Shown here one piece after another: positions 36,913 to 49,016 of a stretch of DNA of 64,000 nucleotides. A model generated the notes under the pieces. The model was not told where the DNA came from and did not search any database. It worked only from the letters and a program-made list of their open reading frames with translations. Origin of the DNA: Octopus bimaculoides (Eukaryota); assembly GCF_001194135.2 (NCBI RefSeq), contig NC_068988.1:14932107-14996106 (forward strand), given 5' to 3'. Position 1 is the stretch's first letter. Each line of letters starts with the position of its first letter. Made by a program: the position numbers and the translations under genes.

Positions 36913-39900
36913 AAACATATAAAAGGCAAAGTTGACCTTGGCAGAATTTGAACTCAGAATGTAAAGACAGATGAAATGCTGCTAAACATTTTTGCCCAGC
37001 ATGATAACGATTCTGGCAGCTCACCACCTTAACCTTAGAACAAAAATATTAAAGAAAGAAAGAAAGAAAAAAAAGGCTAAACTTGAATTACTCTACTTGT
37101 CCTTTGAAACTTAGTGATAAAAGTATCTTAAAATTCGACAACAAACTACTAGACCTATTCAGTAAGAAGATGAAAACAAGCGATATAAATACAATAAAAC
37201 GTACTTAATAGGAATCTTGAAATAGTTCTACAGGAACTAAAAAGTAATGTAAATATTGTAGTTTGTAAAAATGTGAAGGGCAGCCTGCTTGTTATTATGA
37301 ATATATTAGGAAAATAAATAATAAGTGCAGACATGGATATGTGGTTTGGGGTTCAGTCTCACTTCATATCACCTTCAGCAAGTGTCTTCTAGTTCCAGGC
37401 AGATCAATGCCTTGTGAGTGAATATAGTAGATGGAAACTGTTGAAAGCCCATCATATATATATTTGTGTGTTAGGAAGGGCATCCAATCATAAAAACCAT
37501 ACCAAAACAGACAATGGAACTTGATGCAGCCTCCGGCCTTATCAGCTCTTATCAAACCATCCAACCCATGCCAGCATAGAAAACAGACGTTAAATGATGA
37601 TGTGCACCCATATACATACATATATATTATATAATGTATATACATATAATTATATAATGTGTGGATGTCTTATGTCTTTGCTTGTCCCACCACCATTATA
37701 TGACAACCAGTGTTGGTTTGTTTACGTCCCCATTAACTTAGCAATACTGCAAAAGAGGACAATAGAACCAATACCAGACTTAAATAAGAACTCAATTTAA
37801 AATTAAGCTGAATAAATGAATTACCAGGGTTAACATTCAACTAGGATTTGTCCCTTTCCAGTACAAAGGAGAGTTTAGCCATGTATGCATCTATAGTACC
37901 CAAGAAGCAGGTCACATGAAACCTGGCTCCTCATCAGGTAGGTCACAGTTTGCTCGTGTTTGGTGACCTTCTCTAACTCATAATCTCCCAAATCAATATA
38001 GCCATGCGAGGAATCACCAAAAGACTAAGCAACATCATAACGTACCTACCTATCATTCATAGCATATAATTGTTCCTAGAACTTTTACAGATAATTTAAT
38101 AAACTCAGTCGAATTTCTGCGACAGATGTTAAAAGTGTTTTCTAGGCACAGACTGTGGTCAAGAAGGTCACTTCCCAATTGTGTGATTTTAGGCTCAGTC
38201 TTATTGCATGGTAACTTGCGCAAGTGTCCTCTACTATAACCCTTTAATTTTCAGATTAATCTGTCAAATGTAATGCTTATTTATCCATATTGTTTTGAAT
38301 TAATCATGCATTATCTCATAGCTTTGAGATTTCGATGAGATGATTGTAGTATGATTCTAGTATGCCTCACTGGATGTGCAGTGTACATGCATGACGGAGT
38401 ATAAGCATCTTGTGAGAAAAGTTGAGCATAAGAGACCTTCAAACTTTGGGCCTCACGGGAGCAATGACTAGTGACTGAAGCATTTAGCAATATGCTGTGC
38501 TTGAGAAGACTCATCAAGCCAAGTGAAATCGTAGTCATGGCCAATGTTTGTGTCATGTAACTGGCACCCATGCCAGTGGCACGTGGAAAGTACCTTTTGA
38601 GCATTAGGCCTCATGGAGGCAAGGTGGCTGATGCTTGTGGCATATAAAAAGCATCTTTCGAGTGTTGGGCCTCATGGAGGCAATTGCAAATGACTGAGAC
38701 CTTTGGCATTATGCCGTGCTCGGGAAGACCCATCAAGCGAGGTGAAATCATAGTCATGGCAGGTACTGGTGTCACGCAAATGGCAAGTAAAAGCACCCGT
38801 TACACTGTTGGAGTGGTTGGCGCTAAGAAGGGCATCCAACCTTAGAAATCATGCCAAATCAGACTAGAGTCTGGTACAGCCTTTCAGCTTGCCAGCCCTG
38901 ATCAAACCATCCAACCCATACCAGCATGGACAATGGACATTAAATGATGATTATGATGATTGTTTATTTTTGGAACGTCAATGTAGGGTAGGTGTGAGAG
39001 GCTAGATATGGCCAGTTTGGATGTAAAACAGGTAGAATATTTGGGCCAGATAAGGCCTGTTTAAAATGTGAAAGGGTTAATATTTGTATTCTATACTTGG
39101 CTGGCTAAACAGGATCCAGCAAGCCACAAGGCTGCACAAAGCTACAGTGACAGCTTTGGCATGGTTTCTTCAGCTAGATGTCCCTCTCAGTCCCAGCCAC
39201 TTTACATTATGTACTGTGTACAAGGCGGCGGGCTGGCAGAAACGTTAACACACCAGACAAAATGCTTAGCAGTATTTCGTCTGTCTTTACATTCTGAGTT
39301 CAAATTCAGCCAAGGTTGACTTTTCCTTTCATCGTTTCAAGATCAATAAATTAAGTATCAGTTGTGTACCGGGGTTGATCTAATTGACTGGCCCCCACCT
39401 CCCCAAAAATTTCGGGCCTTGTACCTAGAGTAGAAAAGGTTATGTACTGCGTACTTTTTCCTGAATTCTGTCGATTATCAATCTGCCCACTTGGAGTTTG
39501 ACTTGACACTAAATAACATCAGCTTCAGCTTTTGAGTGCAGGTTGAGTCATTTTAGGGCTGGATGTTAATTGTGGATTAAAGTGTTGATACTTATCTTGT
39601 TCCACTGGGCAAATCAGTTAAATAAACTAATTTCAAAAGACGAGACTATCCCACTCCAACATGTCACACTAATACACTGTGCCATATTTCTATAGTCAGA
39701 ATATGTGAACAATAGCTTTATCAATGGGTTCACTGCATTTTTAACAGTTTCAAGGAGGGGCCACCTAGGGTTTTTTTTTTCTTTTTTTCTGTTTCTTACC
39801 AATATTTACATACTTCACAAACATGTATCAACAAAGCTAAACACACAAACACGTGTGTGTGTAGAATACACATTAGTTTTTCACCTTCATTGATTAATGA

Positions 39901-40139
39901 CAGGAAACTGACAAACCAGATAACTGTGCTGAATTTCAACGTCTGCTTTGGTATAATTTCTACAGCTGGATGTTCTTCATAATGCCAATCACTTTACAGA
40001 GTGTACGGGGGTGCTTTTATTTCTTGGCAAAACAGACACAGTAGCTTAGGGTAGTTTTTCTACCTAGCCAGCTCATATCAACCGTCCTATACATGTACAT
40101 ATGCATGCATGGAAGATGGACGTTAAACGATGATGATGA

Positions 40140-40183
<44 letters not shown>

Positions 40184-40449
40184 TGATTGTTTAATGTTTA
40201 TTTTTCCATATTTGCTCAAAGTTTATTGAGGCAGATTTTCCGACAGCTTGATGACCTTGTTTTCTCCTGTTTTCAAGCAAGATAATATTACCCCATGGTC
40301 ATATACGTTTTTTGCTGAATATCAGAAACAAATGACACCGCTTGTATTGCAGTGGCGTTAGGAAGAACATCCAGGTGTAGAAACCATACCAAAGCAGACA
40401 CTGAAATTCAGCACAGTTATCTGGCTTGTCAGTTTCCTGTCATTAATCA

Positions 40450-41240
40450 ACGAGGGTGAAAAACTCCTGTGTTTGTATGAGTGTGTATATATATGCACAC
40501 GTTAAATTGAGGTTATTATTTTGAAGCAAGTCCTGACCAGCATGAAGTTTACTACATATATACAAGATCTAAAGAATAAGTATCCAGACCGTTGCCATAG
40601 TAACGAAACTAAATCACACAGAGTGAAGCCACCTGGTACAGATTGACCTTGAACTCTGCTGTACATGCACACTAAGTTCTAGCTCACTTCTACTGTTTAC
40701 AGCAGTGCTTGGAAGGAAGGTGTGTAGCGTGGGATCATTGCATTGAGCATGACAGAAAGTTTTGCAGAGAATCTGCATCAAATTTTGCCAAAATCTTGGC
40801 GATACCTGCTCAGAGGCCTATGCAAAGTTTTCAAAAAGCTTTCATTGCTCTCAACACAATCAAGAAGATCTTGTGCAACTGAAACCAGAGTGTCTTTTTT
40901 GTCAGCTGAAAGCTGTTTTGGCACAAACTTGGCAGACACACGTCTCGTACCCAAATCTTCAGTGATAATGGAATGAACTGAACCGTAACTAATCTGCACA
41001 TCCTCAGATAACTCATGGATGGTGATTCAACAATTTCCCCTCACAGCTGCATGCACATCTGCGAAGTTTTTCTCAGTTCTGCTGGTTGCGTGTCTCCCAG
41101 AAGGTTTGTCACTATCGACAGTTTTCGGCCATCTTGGAAATGTCAGAACCGCTCATACACTTGTGTGTGGCTCTTACACTCCTCTCCATACACTTGCTGC
41201 AACTTTGCCTAGGCCTCTTTGCAACTTTGCATAGGCCTGG
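40450..41240. mobile_element. Rearranged mariner (Tc1/mariner) transposon relic
   Basis: Plus strand QRICIKFCQNLGDTCSEAYAK. Minus strand AKLQQVYGEE..ISYGSVHSIITEDLGTRRVSAKFVPKQL..QDLLDCVESNESFLK. TIR-like ACGAGGG at about 40450. Confidence 0.85.
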
Positions 41241-42619
41241 GGCTATAATAAAAGACACTTGCTTGAGTTTCCACACAATGAGATTGAACCCAAAACCATC
41301 TGATTGAGAAACAAAATTCTTAACCACACAGCCATGCTTGCACCTGTATATACATAAATTATATTTTTTATAAATCTTTGAACATGATCCACTTTTATCA
41401 TTCAGTATATATTTATGTTTATTTTTTTTCTCTCTCTCTGCTTTCTGAAGTTAATAAATTCCTATTGCACACCCACTGGTTTTTGTTTTTTGTTTTTGTT
41501 TTTTATAATTTTTTTATTATTATTATCAGAGATCTGGGTGGCTTTTTATAGAGCTAATTTGTTTTTAAAATGGGAACAGGAGCCTATCTTTCGTTTAAGT
41601 AGGTTGAAGCAGGTGAACAATGTTATTCATTTATTGGTACAATGCAAACAAAGCCTGTTTGAACTTGCCACCTTTGGGCTTGTGATTCAACATCTTAAAT
41701 CAGGCTACAGTACCTCAGCAGTGAGAGAAAAATAATTTATATTTTATTTAAAGACAAAAGCTGGTTGCACGGACTGCTGTTAAGTTAGATGTAATAGAAA
41801 ACTTCTGAAAGTAGAGCTGTAAAATATTGGATAGCATCAGATGTATGAAGTGGACTTAATTTTACAGAACTATTAATATTGTATTATTAAGACAGCAGGC
41901 TGCTAGAACCATTAGTACAGTAGACAAAATGCCTAGAAGCATTACTTCTGGGGGGAGGGTTGTATTTTGAATTCAAATACTTGCCAAGGTCTACTTTGCC
42001 TTTCATCCTTTTGGGATCAATAAAATAAGTTTCATTTGAAGACTGGGGGTTAACATAATTGATCACCCCCTCATGCAAAATTTCAGGTTTTATGCCTACC
42101 GTAGAAAGGATTACTATTAATTATTGTTAAGGCAGTAAGCTGGCAGACTCGTTAGTACGGAAGACTCGTTAGCACGGCAGACAAAATGCTTAGCAGTATT
42201 TTATCTGTCTTTATTTTCTGGGCTAAAATTCCACCAAGGTCGATTTTTGCCTTTCGTTCTTCTGGGGTTAATAAAATAAGCACCAGTTGAACATTGGGGG
42301 TTGATGTAACAGACTTACCCCCTCCCCCAAACTTGCTGGCTTTGTGCCAAAATTTGAAAACATTATTACTATTATTATTAATAAAGCGGCAAGCTGGGAG
42401 AATCGTTAGCATTATCGTTATCATCATTTAAAGTCTGCTTTCCATGCTGGCATGGGTTGGATGGTTTGACATGGCGCTGGCTAGCAGGGAGCAGTCCTGT
42501 CTGTTGTGGTATGGTTTCTACTTCCTAAAGCCAATCACTTAGAGTGTGCTGGGTGTTTTTTCCATACCACTGGCACAGGTACGTTAAAACAGCACCAGCA
42601 CCTGAAAGGAGAAGCCTGT

Positions 42620-43215
42620 ATATGTGGAAGACAGCGGTTTTACTTAGCTTGATGTATCTTATCAAGTACAGCAAATCGCCACATCTCCCAGTCCCTTGTC
42701 ATTTCCTCAGTGAGGCCCAGTGTCTGAAGATTCTTTCTCACCACTTCATTCTACATCTTCCTGGGTCTACCCCTTCCATAGGTTCCCTCCACAATTAGAG
42801 CTCAGCACTTCTTTATGCAGCTGTCCTCATCCATACTCATCACATAACCAAACCAGTGCAGTCTTCTCTCTTGCACACAACATCTAATGCCTCTTATACC
42901 AAGCTTTCCTCTTAAATCATTTACACTCTGTCATTCATGCACACTGGCATTACCCATCCAGTGGAGCATGCTAGCTTCATTTCCTTCAAGCCATTACAAG
43001 TCCTCTGTAGTCAAAGCTTATGTTTCACTGCCATGTAACATAGCTGTACATACACAGACATCATACAATCTGCCTTTCACTCTGAGGGAGAGGCCCATAG
43101 TTACCAACAAAGGTAGAAGCTCTCAGAACTTCACCCAACCCATTCTTATCTGGGTAACTACACTTCCAGAACTCCCACCCCCACTGCTAACTTGGTCTCC
43201 TAGGTAACAGAAGCT
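42620..43215 (-). mobile_element. Degenerate RTE-clade LINE ORF2 C-terminal fragment
   Basis: IRMGWVKF*ELLPLL..LSLRVKGRLYDVCVYTAMLHGSETYAL..QERRLHWFG..GRGRPRK..MWRFAVLDKIHQAK*. Confidence 0.9.
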
Positions 43216-44010
43216 ATTATATCAGGCAAAATGCTTAAGGCATTTGTTCCAGCTCTTCATATTCTAAATTCAAATGCTGCAGTGGTCAACTTTACTTTCG
43301 TCCCTTCAAGGTCAATAAAATGACCAGTCAAGTATTGGTGGGGGGGGTCAATGTAATCGACTGGTTCCCCCTCCCATCCCACTCTCCCCACCTAAAATTA
43401 CTTCCTTGTGCCAAAATTTGAAGCAAATTTGTCACTCCTTTCTGTTACAAGTAATGGATTTTGTTTTCTATTTTTCTTTTTCTTTCTTTTTTTTTCTCTT
43501 ATTCCGCTTGCACTTTGAAAGTGCAGAGCTACCAGCAGATGATTAATTATGAGGGAATATCAAAAAATACCACCAACTTCCACTTAATGCTTTTCATTTG
43601 GAGATATAGAATGTAAATATGCACACAAGCATGCACACACACATTAATTTAGATATAATGTATGGTTGTCAAGCATTCTGAGACAAACGCACATACACAT
43701 GTATGTATGTATATTTTACAAAAAATTAATAGAAATAGCTTTTCTGATAATTTTTCCACTTTAATAATTAGATGTTTATAAATTATTAGGTGTTTTGGAA
43801 AAATCAGAAAGCTCATTTCTATTCATTTTTCAAATCTATGCTTCCGTTGTCATCCTACGCCATGTGCCCCAGCAGCCTCCTCGTCTGCCTGCTCGCCCGC
43901 CTACCAGCAGCTGCCATTCCGTTCATTCATCCAAGGATTTTCTACAAATGGGTTGAGGTTTACTACAGCTGTTTCAGACATGTTTTTATTCATGAACAAA
44001 TCAATTACAC

Positions 44011-44503
44011 TTATTTACATTGTTTACATTTGACGGATATTTGTCCTCATCTTGTTTGTTGTTAACACAACGTTTCAGCTGATATACCCTCCAGCCTTCA
44101 TCAGGTGTCTTGGGGAAATTTCAAACCTGGGTTCTCATTCATAAAGTATTTTTCGATGTTGTTGTTGTTGTTGTTCAGGTCACTGCCTGGAATCGAACTC
44201 GGAATCTTGGGGTGGTAACCCACGTTCTTAACCACTACGCCATATGCCCATGGGCAATTATGGAGTGAATTTTAGGGATTATAAATCTAATATTTTCCTA
44301 TCGTTTTGAGTTCGATTCCAGGCAGTGACCTGAATAATAACAATAATAATAATAATAACATTGAAAAATACCTTAGGAAGGAGAATCCAGGTTCGAAATT
44401 CCCCCAAGACACCTGACGAAGGTTGGAGAGTATATCAGCCAAAACGTGTTAACAACAAACAAGATGAGGACAACTATCCGTCAAATGTAAATAACATAAA
44501 TAA
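44011..44503. mobile_element. Palindromic head-to-head element; each arm is tRNA-like head, (AAT/AAC)n, then hammerhead-type Penelope-like tail
   Basis: Arms are reverse complements about the TATGCCC-AT-GGGCA axis at 44243-44256. A box TGGCGTAGTGG (intact in the left arm) and B box GAGTTCGATTCC. Confidence 0.8.
44064..44109 (-). ncRNA. Minimal type I hammerhead ribozyme motif
   Basis: GACAC CUGAUGA A GGCUG-gagggUaUaU-CAGCU GAAA CG UU^ GUGUU: stem I GACAC/GUGUU, stem II, and palindromic loop-less stem III AACGUU. Confidence 0.7.
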
Positions 44504-45774
44504 TGTACATCATGGAAAAAGCCATTTTAATCAGGTGAATAAAAATTTAAATCCAACATTTAAGATTTGGATCGTAATGAAGAGATTATTTTACTCCCTC
44601 ATCTCAGTGACAATATATATGGCAGGCTTCTGCACAATTTCTGTCTACTTAATGTACTCACAAAATATTGGTCAGCTCCAGTGCTACAGTTGAAGACACC
44701 TGCCCAAGATGCCATACAGCAGAACCAGACTCAAAACAACATGGTTACAAGATGAACTTTGTAACTGCACAGCTCTACCTGTAGAAAATGTTGTAAGCTT
44801 TATGTGTTGGTTAATATATGACAGCGTGAGAAAATTATATGCCCAGTGTTTGTAAGCTGAAATGAAAAGATCTAAATGTTAAGATTTAGTTATCCATCTT
44901 ATACAACATTAGAATTGTCTAATCACTAATTCTGCTTTGTAGCTTTTGCCCATTTACACAAGATAGATCGCTGACCACTACACACTGTGTTCCTTTCTGT
45001 TGAAGAGTGTAGGCTCGAAACGTTATTTATATATATATATTTATATATATATANNNNNNNNNNNNNNNNNNNNNNNNNNNNNNNNNNNNNNNNNNNNNNN
45101 NNNNNNNNNNNNNNNNNNNNNNNNNNNNNNNNNNNNNNNNNNNNNNNNNNNNNGACCATATGGGGTCTACATTTAGCATATTGGATGTCCACTTAGTGGT
45201 CATCCCTCTTAAAGTGGTAACTATTTTCAGTCTGATGCATGATGAATCAATATTATGTCTTTAATTTATTATATAATTATAAAGCAAGATTTTTTTTTGT
45301 TTTGTTTTTTCTCAAGTGTTTTAATAGATCAATGAATTATATTACATTTGACTTCAGTGATAAAATGTTATCTTACTGTGTCACACACACACACACACAC
45401 ACCAGCTGTAGTTAAGTTAACTGAACAAATATGGCTGTGTTTTTTACAATTTCAACAGGGCTGGTTTTGGCCTAATTATTTAAGTTGTGTGCAGACGTGG
45501 CTGTGTTGTTTAGAAGTTCATTTCATAACCATGTGGTTTCCGGTTCAGTTCCACAGCGCAGCATCTTGCGCAAGTGTCTTTTATGATTTCCCTCCACTCC
45601 CACCCACACCCCATTCCCAGCCAATCAATGGATTAAGATTGAATTTGGTAAGCGGAAACCTTAGTGAGTCCATAACATATATATAATTGTTTCTACTCTA
45701 AGCACAAGACCCGAAATTCTGGGTGGGGGGCAGTTGATTAGATCAACCTCAGTACGCAACTGGTACTTAATTTA

Positions 45775-45888
45775 TCGACCCCGAAAAGATGAAAGGCAAA
45801 GTCGACCCTGAAAAGATGAAAGGCAAAGTCGACCCCGAAAAGATGAAAGGCAAAGTCGACCCCGAAAAGATGAAAGGCAAAGTCGACC
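45775..45888. repeat. 27-bp x4 tandem expansion inside a family B SINE
   Basis: Unit TCGACCCCGAAAAGATGAAAGGCAAAG with one variant position across the four copies. Confidence 0.95.
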
Positions 45889-47456
45889 TCCGCAGAATTT
45901 GAACTCAGAACGTAAAGACGGATGAAATACCACTAGGCATTTCGCCTGGCGTGCTAACGTTTCTGCCAGCTCCCTGCCTGAGTCCATGGTATATATACAC
46001 ACACAATTATATATAATCATCATTATTTTATTGTCCTCTCTTCCACACTTGCATGGATCATACAGAATTTATTGAGGCAGATTTTCTACAACCAGATGCT
46101 CTTCCTATCACCAACCTCACCTTTTCCTAAGTAATGTAATATTTCCCCATGGCCCAATTTGTTTCCACAGAATATTGGAAATGAATTATACTACTTATAT
46201 GACAGTGACCTTCAGTTTTAGCTATCACACTACGTCCAGACAAGAACACAAATACACACTCAGATACACACATGCAATAGGCTTCTCTCGGTATCCATCT
46301 ACCAAATCCATTCACAAGGCTTTGACCAACCAGTGAGCTAGAGTGGAAGACAGTTCCCCAAGCTTCCATGAAACTACACTGATCCAGGACTGAATCTGGA
46401 TCAGTGTAATTAGAAAGCAAACTTTTTAGACCACACAGCCATGTATGTTCTTATTATCATCATCCTCGTTTAACATCCGCTTTTCCATGCTGGCATAGGT
46501 TGGACAGTTTGACAGGAACTGGTAAAGCCAGAGGCCACACCAGGTTCCATAGTCTGTTTTGGCTTCGTTTCTATGGCTGGATGCCCTCCCTAACGCAAAC
46601 CACTCCACAGAGTTAACCATTTTAGTCATAATATTGTAGCCATGGTAAAATGCCACCTTCAAGATTTTAGTCAGTTGTATCATCACTCAGTACTTATTGA
46701 TATCTGTTTGTCAAGCCACTATGTTAAGGGACATAACATAAACAACACCAGTTTTTAGACTGATGTAAACCTAAACAAACATAGACATATATTATATACA
46801 ATGAGGTTCTGCACAGTTTCCAGCTACCAAAGTCAAACCAACAAGGTTTTGGTCAACATATATCTGCAATAGAAGACACCAAGGTGTTGTGTTGTGAGAA
46901 GAATCTCAGAACCATGTGACTACAAAGCAAAATTCTTAATTGCATGGCTGTATCTTCACCTTTGTAGTTATTAGAAACAGAATCTTAACATAGCCTCATC
47001 AGAAATATATTTAACACACTGATTTTTTTAAAATCTGCTTTTCCATGCTAGCATGGTTTGAATGGGGAATTGATTGTGAGGCAAATATTTTACAGCTGGG
47101 TGCTCTTCCTGTTGCCAGATCTTACCTGCTTTGTCTTTTCTGGTGAAGTATTTATGTACTCCACAGATCATTGAAGTCACAAAGAGTGTGACTGGTCATG
47201 ATGCCAACATCAGCTCTGCTTTGCTCAAATGGATAAGTGAATATTCAACATTCACGTACACAGGGCGTTAGTTTCAAATATCATTATTTTAATGTCCATG
47301 AAATTTATTGAAGCAAATTTTTCACAGCTGGATGCCCTTCCTGTCACTAACCCTTGCTTGATTCCAAGCAAGATAGACATAGCATGGGGTCAAAATCAAC
47401 TACGGTTAAATCATAATTAACTAAATTTGTGTAATGTTTTTAACCAGATTTTGTAA

Positions 47457-47627
<171 letters not shown>

Positions 47628-47987
47628 TAACATTTATAAACCATCCGGTTTGTGAATGCCTCAGATAGCTAGAAATAGCCACCGAAGCTCCATCAAATTA
47701 CACCCTACTGTCTGAAATAAGGAAAGGATATTTTAGGTTATGCAACCCCTAAAAAGACTCGAGGATTGCAGCTGGAATGCCTTTAACCATAGGCCTGCTT
47801 AATTGGTGTTGCCTGAGTGTTAACCAACTACAGCTCTCGGTTGATATTTCCTATATTCCTTCTCATAAAATAAACCATGGACGTGGCTCTAAGTATGCTG
47901 TAAAAAATTTCCTTTATGTCGATGCTATAACTATTCCAAATTGGTACTTGAAAAGCATTTTAGAAAAATTCTAAACAAAATCCAACT

Positions 47988-48141
47988 TAGTTGTCTGCTG
48001 TCAACTTAATGTGACAGTCCCCTGAAGGGAATAGTACTACTGTTGGTTAGACCTAGGAAGCTGCACCGCTTCCTAGGTCTAACCAACAGTAGTATTATTC
48101 CCTTCAGGGGACTGTCACATTAAGTTGACAGCATACAACTA
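47988..48141. repeat. Near-perfect foldback (74-bp arms, 6-nt loop) in ZNF367 intron 2
   Basis: 47988-48061 is the reverse complement of 48068-48141 with two differences. Confidence 0.95.
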
Positions 48142-48877
48142 CTTCATCGTATCACTACTGCATAAATCTCTCTAAGACATTTAGAAATGTATTATTTCTA
48201 AAATCCAGCTTGTATTGTCTTTATCATCTTCCTATGGCTGATGCAGCCAGTCATTGGGGGGGGGGGGGGGATGAAATTTTTATTTATTTCTTTGTTGCCC
48301 ACTGGGGACAAACAAGGACAGGCAAAAGGATTAAGTTGTTTACATCGAGCCCAGTGCGTATCTGGTACTTATTTAATCGACCCCGAAAGGATGAAAAGCA
48401 AAGTCAACCTCAGCAGAATTTGAACTCAGAACGTCACAGCAGACGAAATACTGCTAAGCATTTCACCTGGCATGCTAACGATTCTGCCAGCTCGCCGCCT
48501 TGAAATTTATGTTGACATGAAACAGAGAATCCAAGCATTTGATCGAGTACAGGTGCTTCAAAAGGCTGTTTCACATCTCATAAACAGAGTAGAAGACAAA
48601 CAGCTTTGTCAGGCAGCAAATTGCCGAATATGCTGACAAGCAATAAATCGTCCTTGCTACAGTGAAATGCTGATCTGTGTATGTTTTGTTGGTCAGTGAA
48701 AAAAAAAATTATATTTTGAATAAAGTACCTTAAGTGGTGTATGTTCTGGCCAAGTTTTAGAATTACTCCTTTGTTGTACTCACCATCAAAGATGTAGTAA
48801 TTTAGGAAATAACTCATTAGAAATCTGTGACTAATAACAAAATTGTTATTAATGAAATCTGTTTCAATTTATTAAAG

Positions 48878-49016
48878 GTTGTAAAAGCGAGTTTGCCCAT
48901 TCTAATCGCCAGTGTCCTCTCCATCCTTATGCCTCTTTGGAAAGAGTCTACATGCCAACCAAAATCTCCAGCCATTCACCACGTGTGTCTAAGAGAACTA
49001 CTCGTATAGAAACAAG
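48878..49016 (+). CDS. ZNF367: ZNF367 exon 3 (atypical third finger)
   Basis: GCKSEFAHSNRQCPLHPYASLER versus GCLSRFTHANRHCPKHPYARLKR; aAG and GTAAGT sites. Confidence 0.93.

Noticed and set aside
44995-45030. TTGAAGAGTGTAGGCTCGAAACGTT, a hammerhead-like string
   Set aside because: C3 is missing, stem II register does not fit and no stem I forms; at best a decayed Penelope-type relic next to a gap.
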